From Eledone cirrhosa (Eukaryota), in contig OZ024741.1 of NCBI GenBank assembly GCA_964016885.1, positions 187,922,001-187,986,000 on the forward strand: 64,000 bases of DNA. The letters are read 5' to 3'. Below, one piece after another: positions 12,423-26,114 of the stretch. The position numbers were made by a program, and so were the translations under genes. Each line of letters opens with the position of its first letter. Position 1 is the stretch's first letter. The notes beneath the pieces are model-generated. The model did not search any database. It was not told the DNA's origin and saw only the letters and a list, made by a program, of their open reading frames with translations.

Positions 12423-12803
12423 ATATATGCTATACTTTTGTTGGGGACGGCAAAATGAAGGGCTGCCCTGTGATGTGGACATTAGCTACCCCACTGAGCG
12501 GTCTAATACTATTCATCCCTCACTCCTCTAACCAACCACAATTTTCCTTGTCACTTCAACAACCTTGACCTCAGCCTATCCCACAAAGCTTCTGTGCATG
12601 TGACAATGACAAAGGTGTTTTGTTTTTTGTGTTTCTCTTTTTATTTCCTCAATATTATTATTATGCACCTGCCTGACCTGATGACTGTTCAGACACGACT
12701 GACTGACGTTGGAAAACCATTTCTAGCTTTTGTAAACAGAAGAGTTGGAGGGCTGCTCGGCTAGTTAGCTGGTGTCCATTATGGACGATATGGTGTGTGC
12801 GTT

Positions 12804-12834
<31 letters not shown>

Positions 12835-12978
12835 TTGTTTGTGTGTGTTTGGGGTGCGAGTATGTGCGCCTGGAAAAAGCGAGAGAGACAGTTTCTGTGT
12901 GTGTGTATATAAAGAGACTGTATATGCATATGTATATGTTACTGTGTGCGTATCTGTATGTATGTGTATATATGTATA

Positions 12979-13324
12979 CAGTTGTCTCCCGGTATTCGCG
13001 GGGGTCACGAAGAGTGAAAAGCCGTGAATATTGGACGTGGTCCATAAAAATGCCTATAAACGTCAAAATATAACGTAAAATATAATAAAAAAGGAGGGGG
13101 GCATCTTATGTGAAGGGGCGTCCAATAGGCCGGCTAATGCGGTATATTGTTAATAATTTAGTGTTAAAAATATATATATTGCCTCAAAAAAATCCATAAA
13201 AAAAAAACTCGTGGAAGATATTTACGATTCCGCGAATATGCGGTTGTTTCCACGAACAATTATTAGTTAGGTTCTAAAGAAAATTCCGCGAATAACCGGG
13301 GCCGGAAATGCCGGGGGTACACGG
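12979..13324. mobile_element. Tc1/mariner (Tigger-like) MITE
   Basis: TA-flanked. Left end CAGTTGTCTCCCGGTATTCGCGG; right end carries inverted CCGCGAATAACCGG motifs. Confidence 0.55.
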
Positions 13325-14101
13325 TATATATATATATATATATATATAAATATATATATAGGTGTGTGTTTATGAGGTGTACAAACGCGTATGTCTATCA
13401 CTATTTACAAATCCTAAGTAGCAGGTTTAATCCGTCATCCAGTGTATCATTACCACCTGGCATTCAGTGGAGGTTATCCTGTTGAAAGCATTCAACACAC
13501 AGGTCTTTGTTCCAAAGGTACCTTCCACCTTTCCTTCTACTAGTGACGGAGATCCCGACTAAGACAAATACAAAAATAAAAAAATGCGCGGTAAATGTGT
13601 ATAGAAGAGCAAAGGATGTATTGTGGCATAGCTTCGGGTCAGTTCTCCAGTAGATCTAATTCATCCAGACGCTCCTGATTAGAGTGGGTGTCAGCTATCA
13701 TGTTATTTAACAGGTGACCCAGGCCCGTCGCTATTTATTCTTAAAAATATTATTACAGAAATCCTTTCGCATTGAAATATCTCTATGTACCATACTTCCT
13801 GCACTCTGAGTTCAAATCTCGCCGAGGTCAACTTTGCTTTTCATCCTTTCGAGGTTGATAAATGAAGTACCAGGTCAGTCCAGTCCAGGGGCTGGTGCTC
13901 TCTCTCTCTCTCTCTCTCTCGAAGAAATTGACTGTGTTCTGACCTAGAGAGTGATGTGCTCCACCAGGTTTTAAATGCCTAAGATACGACGTGTATCATG
14001 ACGATGATCCTATGATACTATGAGAAGTTGATAACTCTACCTTTACCTATCTTTCATGGTAATGAGAGACCGCGAATATTTCATGTATCTGTGTGTGTGT
14101 G

Positions 14102-14153
<52 letters not shown>

Positions 14154-14189
14154 AAACATCACGTGATTAAAAGTGGCGGCGGAATTTGA

Positions 14190-14390
14190 AATTGGATTAG
14201 TAACTTCGCCGTATTTTTTTTACTGTAGAAAACAGTCAAATAGTAACAGACCGTATGACCTCCTAGAACGGAAAAAATATGTATTTGCGCACGCCAATGC
14301 ACATTTTTTCCATTCTATATGCTTGTAGGATCTGTCATTATTAGACTATATTCTGTAGTCAAAAATACGGCGAAGTTACTAATTCAATAG
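14190..14390. repeat. Decayed palindrome of about 200 bp, unclassified
   Basis: ATTAGTAACTTCGCCGTATTTTT pairs with AAAAATACGGCGAAGTTACTAAT. Imperfect pairing continues to the centre. Confidence 0.75.
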
Positions 14391-14909
14391 AAATATATAT
14401 ATATATGAAATATATATGAAATATATATATATATGAAATATATATGAAATATATATGAAATATATATGAAAATATATGAAATATATAAATGAAAATTACT
14501 TCTCTTATAACCCCATCCTACATTGATATAAAAGTAAACGAATTCAACAAACCTAAACCAACTATGACCTATTAAATGAAATACAATTACTCAGCCATTA
14601 ATAGCATGTTTAACACAATTAATTAATCATCTTAAACTAACGACTTAATAATATATCATACCGATATTAAACTAAATAGTGCAGAGGAGTGTAAAAACAA
14701 ATTGGTGCAGTCAAAATATTATACACTCTCTAACCAATCACTTTACACATATATTAAATATAACTTTAAAAAGAATGAAACGATTCTCCTCTTGGCCTCA
14801 GTTAAAACCTTAGCTATACTAAAACTAATCATATCAAGAGAGGAAGTCTTCGTACCAGAGACATTTGGACGCGGATCTTAGTCCACACAGTGTCATGGGC
14901 ATGATATTA

Positions 14910-15015
<106 letters not shown>

Positions 15016-15995
15016 TCACAACCCCATCCGATAACAGAATAGTAAATGAATACCACAAGCCCAAACCAAACAAGACCTACCACACAAATACAATTATTCA
15101 GCCACAAAGTACAACCTTTAACACAATAAGTTAACGTCAACCACAATCAAATCAATTACTATATATTTTATGTCTAATCAACAAAACCCGAAACTCATAA
15201 CCAAGAAATAAATTCAAACTAACTTTAAACATCTCATAGAAAGACAATAACGTAATAAAAACTAATCCCTATACTGGTACTAAAAGGAGAAACTTCATCA
15301 AGCCACAATCGTCCTCAATATCTGGTTTCTGTCAAAGGTTATGGCTACTAGATAAATTAGCATCATATACTCTGTGGAATATTTAATCTTAAAAGTACCA
15401 ATCAGACAACCATCATACTCAATGACTGTCGGCCAAACATCTCAAAACCCAGACCACCAAGAAAAAATGTTAAACTAAAATTAACGGAAACCTGAAATAA
15501 TCACTCCAGAAACCCAGTAAAGAAAACATAGTTTAGAATAAATCATTAAATTCAGAACCAGTGGTAAAACGAATTTGACCAAACCAACGCTAGAATCCAA
15601 ATATTTACTTAATATTCGTTATAATTCACCATCCAAACCATAAACTTAAAAATAGACGAAGTAATTTCGAATTGGAAACTAAAATGTAAAAGTGAACTAA
15701 ATAAATGCAATATTTATCTGTATCCGTCGAACATTTGAACACCACAATCCAAAAGACAGAACTGCGCCGCCTCATGACTGTCACCGAAATCAGGAGCAGA
15801 GAACTCACAACTTCCGCCACTTTACTTGTTTCGAAAAACTATTTCCTTTACATCGATAACGCATTCGAACATAAATTAAGCTGCAAATGAGCATAAGACG
15901 TATAAAATAGATGAAGAATGAAAGATAATTAACTCTCACGGCTTACCCAACATAGATTAATTATCGAAAACTAACCCTTCAAACATTATATAATG

Positions 15996-16605
15996 CTAGC
16001 AGAAAAACCACCCTCGGGTGGTTTTCTGCTAGCATGTGTAGTGTGTATATTGATATTATACGCAAGTATATATGCATGTAGATATGATACATCAAATAAA
16101 ATCATAATTGACAATATCCACAGAAATTGAACGAAGACTGCGTTACACTGTCTTATGTAATCAGTAACGTAATCCATGATATATTAAAAAAAGACGATAT
16201 TATATATAAACTGCATTAGGAAAAAAATTAGTGACGGAAATATATGAATGTTTATTTAAGCGATCGCTAACCGGAAGTGTTGACTTTTGAAAATTTTGTA
16301 GATAAATTATGTAATATTCGTTCATTATTTTGGATTGACAGTATCGGTAGAGGGTCGGACGCCGTGCTTTCCAGCATAGTTATGTCCCTTTACGATCTGA
16401 GTTCAAATCCCGTCGAGGTTGACTTTGCCTTTCATCCTTACGGAGTCGATAAAATAAAGTACCAGTAATGCACTGGGTAATTGCTGGCCTTGTGCCTAAA
16501 GTAGAAACAATTATTTATTCGAAGTAATCCAACTTATTTTGCAAACTGGATAAAAAAAAATATTCTGGACGCAGTCCCGCACTCCTTTCTTTATTATAGT
16601 TAAGA
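15996..16605 (-). mobile_element. Non-autonomous Helitron-like element with a nested SINE A (16331-16513)
   Basis: The minus strand starts TCTTAACTATAATAAAG and ends with hairpin ACCACCC-GA-GGGTGGT then CTAG. Its 5' part is homologous to 48140-48445. Confidence 0.6.
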
Positions 16606-17649
16606 TATATACTAACCCACAAAGCAGAGTAGAAAATTTTTTTAAAAAATATTGCAGGCAACGTCAACCACAATCAAATCAATTACTAAATATTTTATGT
16701 CTAATCAACAAAACGTGAAACTCATAACCAAGAAATAAATCCAAACATCTCATGAAAAGACAATAACGTAATAAAAACAAACCTACACGAGAAAACCCAT
16801 CGCTAGAACAGCCGTTAAAACAACTAAATACTGTCAAAGACAGCGATGGGCAAAAGTGTCTCCGAGGAAAGAGACCTGCGGCCAGTGATCAACAGAGAGA
16901 CAATCCACAAGGTTGGTGACAGGCAGATGAAATATAGAAAAGATTGAAAGAAGAGGAGGACAAGCAGAAGTGTGTTGGCGCATAGAGGTGACTGGAATAA
17001 TGAAATAAAGAAAGATGATGTACAAGACACGTTTACACACACTGGTACTAAGAAGAGAAACTTCATTAGGCCACGATCGTCCTCAATATCTGATGTGAAG
17101 AGAGAGGCTGCGAAACATATATATGCACCAAGTCAGAACACAAAAGGAACCAAACTCCCACTATCACTGCCTCCGTGTCTCCCGCGCTCTCCATCTCTCA
17201 CTATTATGAGCAATTGGGGTCCCATGCACTGGCCGCTCCGCGGCTCCGGCGGACAAAAAGAGATTAAAATAAAAGAAGTTGGAGAGATTGGGCTGATCAT
17301 TTTAAAGGGAGATGTCTAAGACGTTACCAGGATGTTGGGGATAGTAGATGGGAAACATATAGTAACGTGTAAGGAGATGACGAATAGAATGATGATTTGT
17401 TCGTGGGTAAGGGTAATGGTGATGCTGAAATTGTGAAACACTACTGAAACACTACTGTATAAATACTAATCTATACATACACACTCCTATATACACACTC
17501 ACACAACATAGATTACCAATATATATATAGTGGTACACACCCAATAATACGGATATCGTAATATTTCAGATGTGCATCAGTTGGCATTTGACGTTTATAT
17601 AGACACACATACACACACAGCGTGTGTGTATGTGTGTGAGCATGACTAT

Positions 17650-20600
17650 CCCAAAACATCACACAAACATCAACACAAAAGAACACACAACAACAGCAAA
17701 CAAAAAACACAACACAAAAACAAAAATATGCATACATAAACACAAGAAACAAAAAAAACTGTTGAACATTATTTATAATAACAATTTGGTAAAACCCCGG
17801 AAGGATGAGAGGTTAAGTTTGCCTTTCATCCTTCCGGGGTCGATAGAATAAAGTACCAGTAATGTATTGGGTATTTGCTGGCCTTGTGCCAAAAGTAGAA
17901 ACAATTATTTATAATAACAATTTGGTAAAAACTGAAGGGCCTAACTTCACCCAGGCAGAGGATTTCCCCCACCTCAAAATGATAAAAGTCCCAGGAACAT
18001 ATACAATTTTAAAGAGGACATCCCCCCTGCGTCGGACCCATTAACCGCGTCCCCCTAAAAAATTTTCCCACCCCCTCCCCAAACACCCACACAACTCCAA
18101 ATACCCCCAACCCCACCACACACTGATGCCCCCCACTCTACCACAAAACTCCACCCCACCCAAACACCCAATCCCCAGACCCATGGAAATTGTGAGACCT
18201 GGTCCCCGGGACGCAGAGAGGTAGGTGCCTCCTTTTTCTCTTTACCACCAACATGTTTGTATTGAAAGTGGCTTGTCTAAATGCGCGTGGCTCATATTGG
18301 AAGCAAGCAAAACTTCTAAATGACCTCAGGTCACGCTGTATAAATGTGATGGTCATTTGCGAGGCCCGGATCAGCAGCGTGCGCCAGCTAGCCCCCACCT
18401 TTGACGACTTTGAGATGCACGCATCTCTCTGTCAACCCGGAGGTGGGGGTGGGGTTGTCGTTCTGCTGCAAAAACATCTGGGTCTCGCCGCACAGACGGT
18501 ACACCTGGACCCGGAGGGTCGACTGGTGGTTTTAGACGTTGGCAGTGGTGAAGGCGGAGCCTTTAGGCTGGTCGCTGCCTACGCCCCTTTTGGGTCAGCG
18601 CGGCCGGAGTTCTTCCAGCGTCTGAAAACTTTTCTGGGGACGTCCCGCTCCTTGCTTTTAGTGGGGGACTGGAATGGTATCCTAGATGCACGTTGGGACT
18701 ATGTAGGGGCATGTCCCGGTAGAGGGGGGTGTAACAGCCTCAAGGAGTTAATCGGCCGATTTGACCTGGCCGATAGATATCGACTAGATTTTCCGACTGC
18801 GCCAACCTGGACTTGGGCAAACCGCAGCGGATCATCTAGGTCGTACCTAGATAGGGTCCTAGTTAGTAATAAGGATAGGGACCTTTTAAGCTGTCCAAAG
18901 ATGCTCATGGTTGGCTATTCGGATCACAAATTAGTGACCTGCATACTCAACCTTGATAGAACCCATAGACAGGGACCCGGTTACTGGAAACTGAACTTGT
19001 CCTTACCGGCAAGTAAAGTGTACAGGGACCGGATTAGTACTTTAGTTAGGGAGCGGTTGACGGGAGCGATCGTCAACAGCAGGTGGTGGGGCTCTCTCAA
19101 AAGAGAGATTAGAGTAGTTTCAAAAGGATTTAGTAAGGAGTTAGCCTCAAATAGAAATAGGAAGAAAAGGGAGTTGGTAGATAGTGTAGAAGAGGCAATT
19201 AGAAGCGGCGACGTGGTCAGAGTGCTAGCGTCGAGAACGGCCTTGGGCCAGTTCTTTGACGCGAAGCACGAAGGCTGCGTTGTCCGAAGCAAAATACGTG
19301 CTCTAGGAAACGAGGGGACCAAAGCTGTTAGCTGGGCCCGCGTGACAGAAGCCAAAAGAGGGAGTAGATCCACTATCCGGTCTTTGCGAGACCAGGATGG
19401 ACGGGTGATCCTTGAACCTAAGCAGGTGTGTGAGGCCTTTCAAAGGCACTTTACCCAATTGTTCGGGAGGGCGGGGGGCCAGATGGGGAAGTGGACTTCG
19501 GTCCATACCGCGACGGCCTGCCGCGTCTTTCGGACGAGGAGGCGAAGTCCTGCGAGGGGCCGATTTCAGCTGCTGAGATAAGGGACGTGCTGAGCCGATG
19601 CGGCAAACGCAAATCCCCGGGTCTCGATGGTCTTCCATACGAACTATATCTAGCTATACCGGACTTGTTCTCCGATCTCCTCGAGGCGGTCTACTGCAAC
19701 TGGCAACAGAACGGGATAATTCCCTGTTCTGTGACCAAGGTCGTAGTCTCGCTAGTGAGGAAGGACGAGAACAATGGGGACGAAATAAGTAATTTCAGGC
19801 CCATAACTCTGCTAAATGCAGAGTTAAAGATTTTGGCCAAGGTGTTAGCAAAGAGGTTGGCGCTTGTCATGGGCAACCTGGTGGGAAATGCGCAGACATG
19901 TACTATACCGTCCAGGTCCATCCACGACAACCTCCACCTTATGCGATACATCATAGATAGGGTTGGGAACGAACCCGGCTTTGGTGGGGCCCTGAGCAAC
20001 TTGGATCAATCTAAGGCGTTCGATAGGGTCGACCTGGTTACCTGGATGCGGTGCTAGCGGCGGCTGGTTTCGGACCCGTTTTCAGGGGCTGGATCACTGC
20101 CATGCACAGAAGCCGCATCTGCTCTAGAGTCAAGGTGAACGGCTACCTCTCGGAGCTGTTCGAAATCACGCGGTCCATCCGACAAGGGTGCCCTCTCTCC
20201 TCCCTTCTGTATGTATTGGCCCTCGAGCCACAGCTGCGGAAGCTGGAGTTGTTGCAGGGCATCCCTTTGGAACCGTGATTGCGGAAAGCGGTGTCGGCCT
20301 ACGCCGATGACGTAACAGTAATGGTGTCGACCGCCTCGGAAATCGGAACGATCGGTACTTTACTGGAGGAGTACAAAATGTTTACTGGGACTAAGCTGAA
20401 ACGGGACAAGTCGATCTGGTTGCAACTCGGCACGTGGGGGGGGAAATCGATGCCCTCCGATTGCGTCGTCGGACGCTGGACGGAGGGCTCGGTGAAGTTG
20501 CTCGGGATCTGGTTCGGACCAGACCTCCAGGTGGAGAAGAACTGGGGTGAGAGGTAACGAACAGGGTGTTTGCACTAACCCAGAAGTGGGCCGAGTGCAA

Positions 20601-21715
20601 ACTATACCTGAAAGGTCGGGCGGAGATGGCGAACACTTATATAGCGTCCGTCATCTACTATCTACTGACCGTCGTGAGACGAACCTTTGTGAGACGAACC
20701 TTTCCGAGACTCGTCTCACTCACCGAGCTGCAATCCTGGGTCAAGCAAAGACCGAGAAAACTGGGCGCCTGGCACACCGAGTGTGCCCAGGCTCTCACGG
20801 CTCTCTGGCAGGCAGACCCGGCTATAAGTGGAGACTCCACCTAGACATTCTATAGAGGGCTGGTACGCAGCAGGTGCGACAATGCCCTCGGAGAAGCCCT
20901 AGGCATGGAGGTAGACGAACTGGCCAGCCTGTTCGGGATGACATTTATCCCGGGACCCATGGACAACTTCTTGCGGTCCCTGGCCTGAAAGTGCTACCGA
21001 GGGGCTCTGCTCGTTCGAGAAAAGCTCTACAGACACGGGCGCCCAGGTAGGGACCCCTCGAAAAAGATCTGTCCCAGATGCGTGCGCGACGAGGAAACCG
21101 TCGCGCATGCATTGGTACACTTCCCGGGCGTCGCCGATCTGTGGGGCTATATCGAACGACTGCTGTCACGGGTGGGACCTATCCGATTGACCACCCAGTC
21201 CATTATAACGATCAAGCCGCCTCCCCCCTTCAAAAATGAAGGAGAGGCGGTGTTTCTGTGCGTAATAGCCATGGTGAAAGAGGTTGTATGGTGGACGCGT
21301 TTGAAAGGACTGAGGTCAGACACCTTTCTCTCTGGCCAACAACTGGTCCTTTACTTCCGATATCATTTCGGAAGAAGGATCAGGGTGGAGACAGAGGTGC
21401 TCCATCCCAGCCAGTTTTATGAAAGGTGGGTGAAAGTGGCGAGAATGGCCCGTGTGAATGGGCCTTCTCTTTATATCACCCTGTAGGTGAAAAAGATGGA
21501 AGAACAAGGGAACACCCTCTCTCTGTGCTCCCGAGGAGAAGGGTTGCACACTTTTTCGGGGGTGGGGGGGTGACCCCCCCAAAACGCCTCCTCCCTATTG
21601 AGGACTTTATTGTTAATTTTCTATTTGTTATTTGTTTTTTTTTAATCGTTCTTTTGTGTAAACTCCCCCCTTTGTATTTGTCCCCTTCTTTTGCGCCCTC
21701 GTGGCAATAAATAGA
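17650..21715 (+). mobile_element. Decayed L1-clade (Tx1-like) LINE, copy 1
   Basis: ORF2 spans 18253-21486 in broken frames: APE endonuclease (CLNARG, VGDWNG, YLDRVLV, SDHKLV), RT (FRPITLLN, QGCPLS, YADDV) and a C-terminal CPRC..ETVAH knuckle remnant. An ORF1 remnant (NNLVKTEG) lies upstream and the 3' UTR ends near AATAAA. Confidence 0.93.
17787..17908 (+). mobile_element. 5'-truncated SINE A with a short 5' inversion, inserted in the LINE ORF1 remnant
   Basis: CCCCGGAAGGATGA is the reverse complement of internal TCATCCTTCCGGGG. The flanks duplicate TTATTTATAATAACAATTTGGTAAAA. Confidence 0.75.
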
Positions 21716-22016
21716 AACATATCTTAATTTAGAGTACAATTTGAACAGCTATTGGGTCGTTGACCAAGTGGTAAATAAAAGAGTCCTTCTGTTGATTGAT
21801 CTTTTACCAGGCTGGATTAAAAGCAAGATTCATTCCTACTAAGATAAACTTAGGTTATAGTAGTTTTCTCCTTTAGTTGGTTCTTATCATCTGAACACCT
21901 CCAAAGGGAACTACGGTCATGAAATTGGAAGGGTGTTCTAAACTGATCGTGGTGTATTCCCCAGTTATCGTGCTTACAATGCGTGACTTCATCTGTATGT
22001 ATATACTCCATGCAGT

Positions 22017-22268
22017 GGAGGCACGTGGCCTAGTGGTAAGGGTGTTGGACTTACGATAATAATGTCTGGGATTCGGTTATAGGTGGCGTGTTGTGCTCTT
22101 GAACAAAACACTTCATTTCACGTTGGTCCAGTATACTCAGCTGAAAATGAGTACCAGCAATAGCTGGAGGTTTAACCCTGCGATGGACTGGCGTTCTATC
22201 CAGTGTGTGTGTGTGGGGGGGGGGGGGGGGGGTCTTGTACTCTCAGTCGCTTCACGCCATGAAGCCTT
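22017..22268 (+). mobile_element. tRNA-derived SINE family B (CORE-like)
   Basis: GTGGCCTAGTGG A-box, CTTGAACAAAACACTTCATTTCAC and AAATGAGTACC core. Confidence 0.8.
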
Positions 22269-22289
22269 CTGGCTTAAGACAGACTTTAG

Positions 22290-23942
22290 ACTTCATGCAA
22301 GGCACTCCTTTCAGGCATTTTCGACTTTACTTTTTACACATACATGGAAACATACACACATTCAGGAAATGCATCGCATCCGCACGCACATAACAGAACT
22401 AATAATAGAACCAGGTCTCTCTGCACCAACTACGACATCCCCTCGCCCCCTCCCACCACCTCCCACCACACATGTATGTGATCATGTGCATAACCGCACC
22501 AGCACGGGCGGACGCGCACACGAACACACGAGCCGGCGCGACTCGCATGCACGCCAGCATGAGTTTTAGGCCGAGATGTGGGCTTTTTGGTGTATAACGT
22601 ATGACTGCATGTGTAGTTGCATGTACACACGCACGAGTGTACATAAACGCACACACACACACACGCACACACTAATACACACATAGAAGTACACACAAGG
22701 TCGCGCGCGCGCGCGTAGGTAGGAGTAGTGAGGTGAGTTAGTGATGTTAATGATGTTAGTTGAGAAATGTACGGGTGTTCTGGCCGTATTAGTGAGGGTG
22801 GGTTAGTAATGTAGGCTGATTGTGTGTACAGGGTCAAACGTGTGCGAGCGCCAACTCGCCACTGCGTGTTAGTGTATTCATGTGCAGCTGTATGTGGGTG
22901 GGCATGTAGGTGGAAGTGTTTGTGTGTTATAGAGGGTGGTATGCACGTGGATGTACAAGCATACGCGTGTAGTATGCACAGATGTGTGCAGTGGAGGTGA
23001 GTGTAGTGCCGCTTGGTGTTAATTGTAGTGAGTGGAAAGGGTGCGAAGTAGTTGGGCCGCGATGGTGGAGGACTAGTAGGCGCTAGATGTGCTCATGTGT
23101 AGATACGAAGGTGTGTTATGTTATCCAAGTGCTGGTACATGTGAGTGGGTGTGATGGTGGAGGAGTTCGTGTGTAGTTGGAGACGGGGGTCCTGAATGGA
23201 AGGGTGATAGGTGTGGCGAAGGCGTTAGCTAGGAGAAAAGTGGCGGTGTGTTTAATTCAGGTAATTTAAAGGATTGGAGAGACAAATAAGGTGTTGTTCC
23301 CTCCTGAGGTGTGATTCCTATGGTCCAGTACACGAGACGCGGCCGAAAATTGTGAGGTGGTCGGTGGAATGCCGGGTGGAGCAGAAAAGTCGGGTGGTGA
23401 GAAATGGGCCGTTACTCGGATGTCCCGGCGGTACTCGGCAAATCTGTCCGCCAAACGGTGGTCGGTTTGGCCAATGTAGAGGGCCTCGCATAGCGTGCAA
23501 CTGCTCCTGTAAACGAGACTCGTGGAGGTGCAATGAAAGGAGTCCCTAATGTGGAAAATTCGGCCGGTGGATCGGGTGAGAGTGGTGGCGTCGGTGGTGA
23601 AACGTCAGGTGTGACGGCGGGGTCGAGAACAGAGCTGGGATCAAGGAGAAGAATGGGAGGGGGGCAGTGAATTGCGGACGAGGAGATTACGGAGGTTGTG
23701 TGCGCGCTTGAAGGAAGGGAAGGATGAGAGGTAGAAGTTAGATGAGGCGGAGGGGCATGACTGGAGATTGCAGAAGAGACGGAGGATCATCCTCGGGAGA
23801 GGGAGAGTGGAGGAGTAGTAGGAAAGGGGAAGGGTAGCTGGTTATTGGGGGGGGGGGGGCGTGGTGTGAGGGCATGGATGCGATCGACCTCACGGGCTCG
23901 GATGAGGGCGGACTGGACTAGGGCTTGTGGGTACCACCCTCG
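22290..23942 (-). mobile_element. 5'-truncated Penelope-like element (GIY-YIG C-terminus plus presumed 3' UTR)
   Basis: Manual translation of minus 23550-23401 gives IRDSFHCTSTSLVYRSSCTLCEALYIGQTDHRLADRFAEYRRDI. An upstream RT-linker reads FKRAHNLRNLLVR. The 3' edge is uncertain. Confidence 0.82.
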
Positions 23943-24143
23943 TGTATATATATATATGTGTGTGTGTGTGTGTGCGCGCGCGCGCGCGCGCGTGTGTGCG
24001 TGTGTGTGTGTGTGTGTGCGCGCGCGCGTGTGTGTGTGTGTGCGCGTGTGTGTGTGTGTGTGTGTGTGTCTAATGGTAGCTAAGATGCTTCCATAGGCGG
24101 TATGCCGGTTGAGCACTCTATGCTCTTACAGAGCAGAGTATCA

Positions 24144-24658
24144 TAGAATAGAAAACGAAAAATCAGTGATGCATCTGAACTCAATTTATTGTGTTACAAT
24201 TGTTTCGCCGGCGGACAGCTCGAGACGCGATCATTGTGTGGATCTGTCTGATTCTGGACACGTCTAATGATTTCAGTGAGAGAATCGACAGTTGATCGAC
24301 TTTCGTCAAATCGGACCGAGGAAACAATGTTTCCATTGGTCTTTCCAATTGCTAATACTATATATCGGTCGCAACTCCAGGTAGAAGGAGCAACGTGAAA
24401 TAAAGTGTCTTGCCGAAGAACACAGCGCATCGCCCGGTTCGTGAATCGAACTCACAACCTCACGATTGCGAATCCAGTTCTCTAACAACTCGGCCACGCG
24501 CCTTCACAGTGAGAGAATATGCTCCGAAATCATTAGACGTGTCCAGAATCAAACAAATCCACACGATGATCACGTCGCGAGCTGTCCGCCAGCGAAACAA
24601 TTGTAACACACAATAAATTGAGTTCAGATGCATCAGTGATTTTTCGTTTTCTATTCTA
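24144..24658. mobile_element. pLTR-like palindrome (arms about 130 bp) split at its centre by SINE B (24286-24506, minus)
   Basis: Arms 24144-24274 and about 24526-24658. 12-bp TSD CAGTGAGAGAAT at 24274-24285 and 24507-24518. Confidence 0.85.
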
Positions 24659-24802
24659 TAGATAGATAGATTTGTATATATATACAAAATTCTTTTCGTT
24701 TTCACTTCTTTTCGTTCGTTGTCCTCTCGTTGTTTATATTCCTAATTATATACATATAAATACATACGTATATACATGTATATACACAAACACACATACA
24801 CA

Positions 24803-24907
<105 letters not shown>

Positions 24908-25108
24908 CATATATATATATATAAACATATACGTATATATATATACATATATATGTATATGTTTATATGCACATACACATATATATATACATATATATGT
25001 ATATGTTTATATATACATACACATATATATGTATATATATCCAAGGAAAACTTGAACCATTTAGGTATATTTTCCTTGGTTATGTCAAAATTTATAAAAC
25101 ACACTTCG

Positions 25109-25169
25109 TATTTTATCTGATGATAGCGTACCAAAATTTTGGTACCCCTGAAATACATATAATAGAATA
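25109..25169 (+). ncRNA. Type I hammerhead ribozyme in a solo Neptune pLTR fragment (about 25040-25210)
   Basis: TATTTTAT-CTGATGA (25117-25123), GTACCAAAATTTTGGTAC stem II, GAAA-TACAT-ATA-ATAGAATA. Confidence 0.8.
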
Positions 25170-25463
25170 AATATGGTTTTTTAAATATAGTTTCCATTTA
25201 TTTAATATCATTGAATATGTATATATGCATATATATGTATGTATATATATATATATACACACATATATATACATTTATATTTACACACATACACACACAC
25301 ACACATATATGTATATATACATATATACATATATATATACATATATATGTATATATTATATATATATATATGTATATATTTTTGCATGTATATATATGTA
25401 TATATACACATATATACATACACATACATACACACGTATACACATATATATACATATATATTT

Positions 25464-25494
<31 letters not shown>

Positions 25495-25515
25495 CATATA
25501 TATATTTGTGTGTGC

Positions 25516-25559
<44 letters not shown>

Positions 25560-25625
25560 GTGTGTGTATGCTTGTATGTATATATATGCTTGTATGTATA
25601 TATATATTATATATATTTGTATGTA

Positions 25626-25671
<46 letters not shown>

Positions 25672-25785
25672 TATATGCGCAAGTGTGTGTGAGTATATAT
25701 ATATATATATGTGTATGTGTGTGTGTGTGTGTATGCATGTATGTATGTATATATATATATATACAGTATATGTGTGTGTGTGCAA

Positions 25786-25883
<98 letters not shown>

Positions 25884-26114
25884 ATGTTATAATGGAAAAA
25901 CCCATATCGTACAACTTTGTTTGAAGTTTGTAGAATCTAGTATATGTTAATTTATGTGCAAGATAAACTAGGATTACATATTCGAATCTTGGTTTCGCTC
26001 TGTCGGTACACGTCATCGGTTTGGGAAAGAAAGACAAGTAATAGAATTTGCAATTCTATTACTTGATTCTATTACTTTCCTTATTTATCTCACAATAACA
26101 GGCATACTGGTCGT

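Noticed and set aside
12660-12790. CTGATGA...GAAA in unique sequence, also a possible small exon
   Set aside because: No convincing stems I and II, and no recognisable peptide or splice pair.
13630-13735. Possible minus-strand exon (LLNNMIADTHSNQERLDELDLLEN)
   Set aside because: Weak acceptor, no recognisable homology and no partner exons.
25975-26025. Minus-strand CCGATGA...GAAAC hammerhead-like remnant
   Set aside because: Core is mutated and stems do not pair; probably a decayed pLTR but not supportable.
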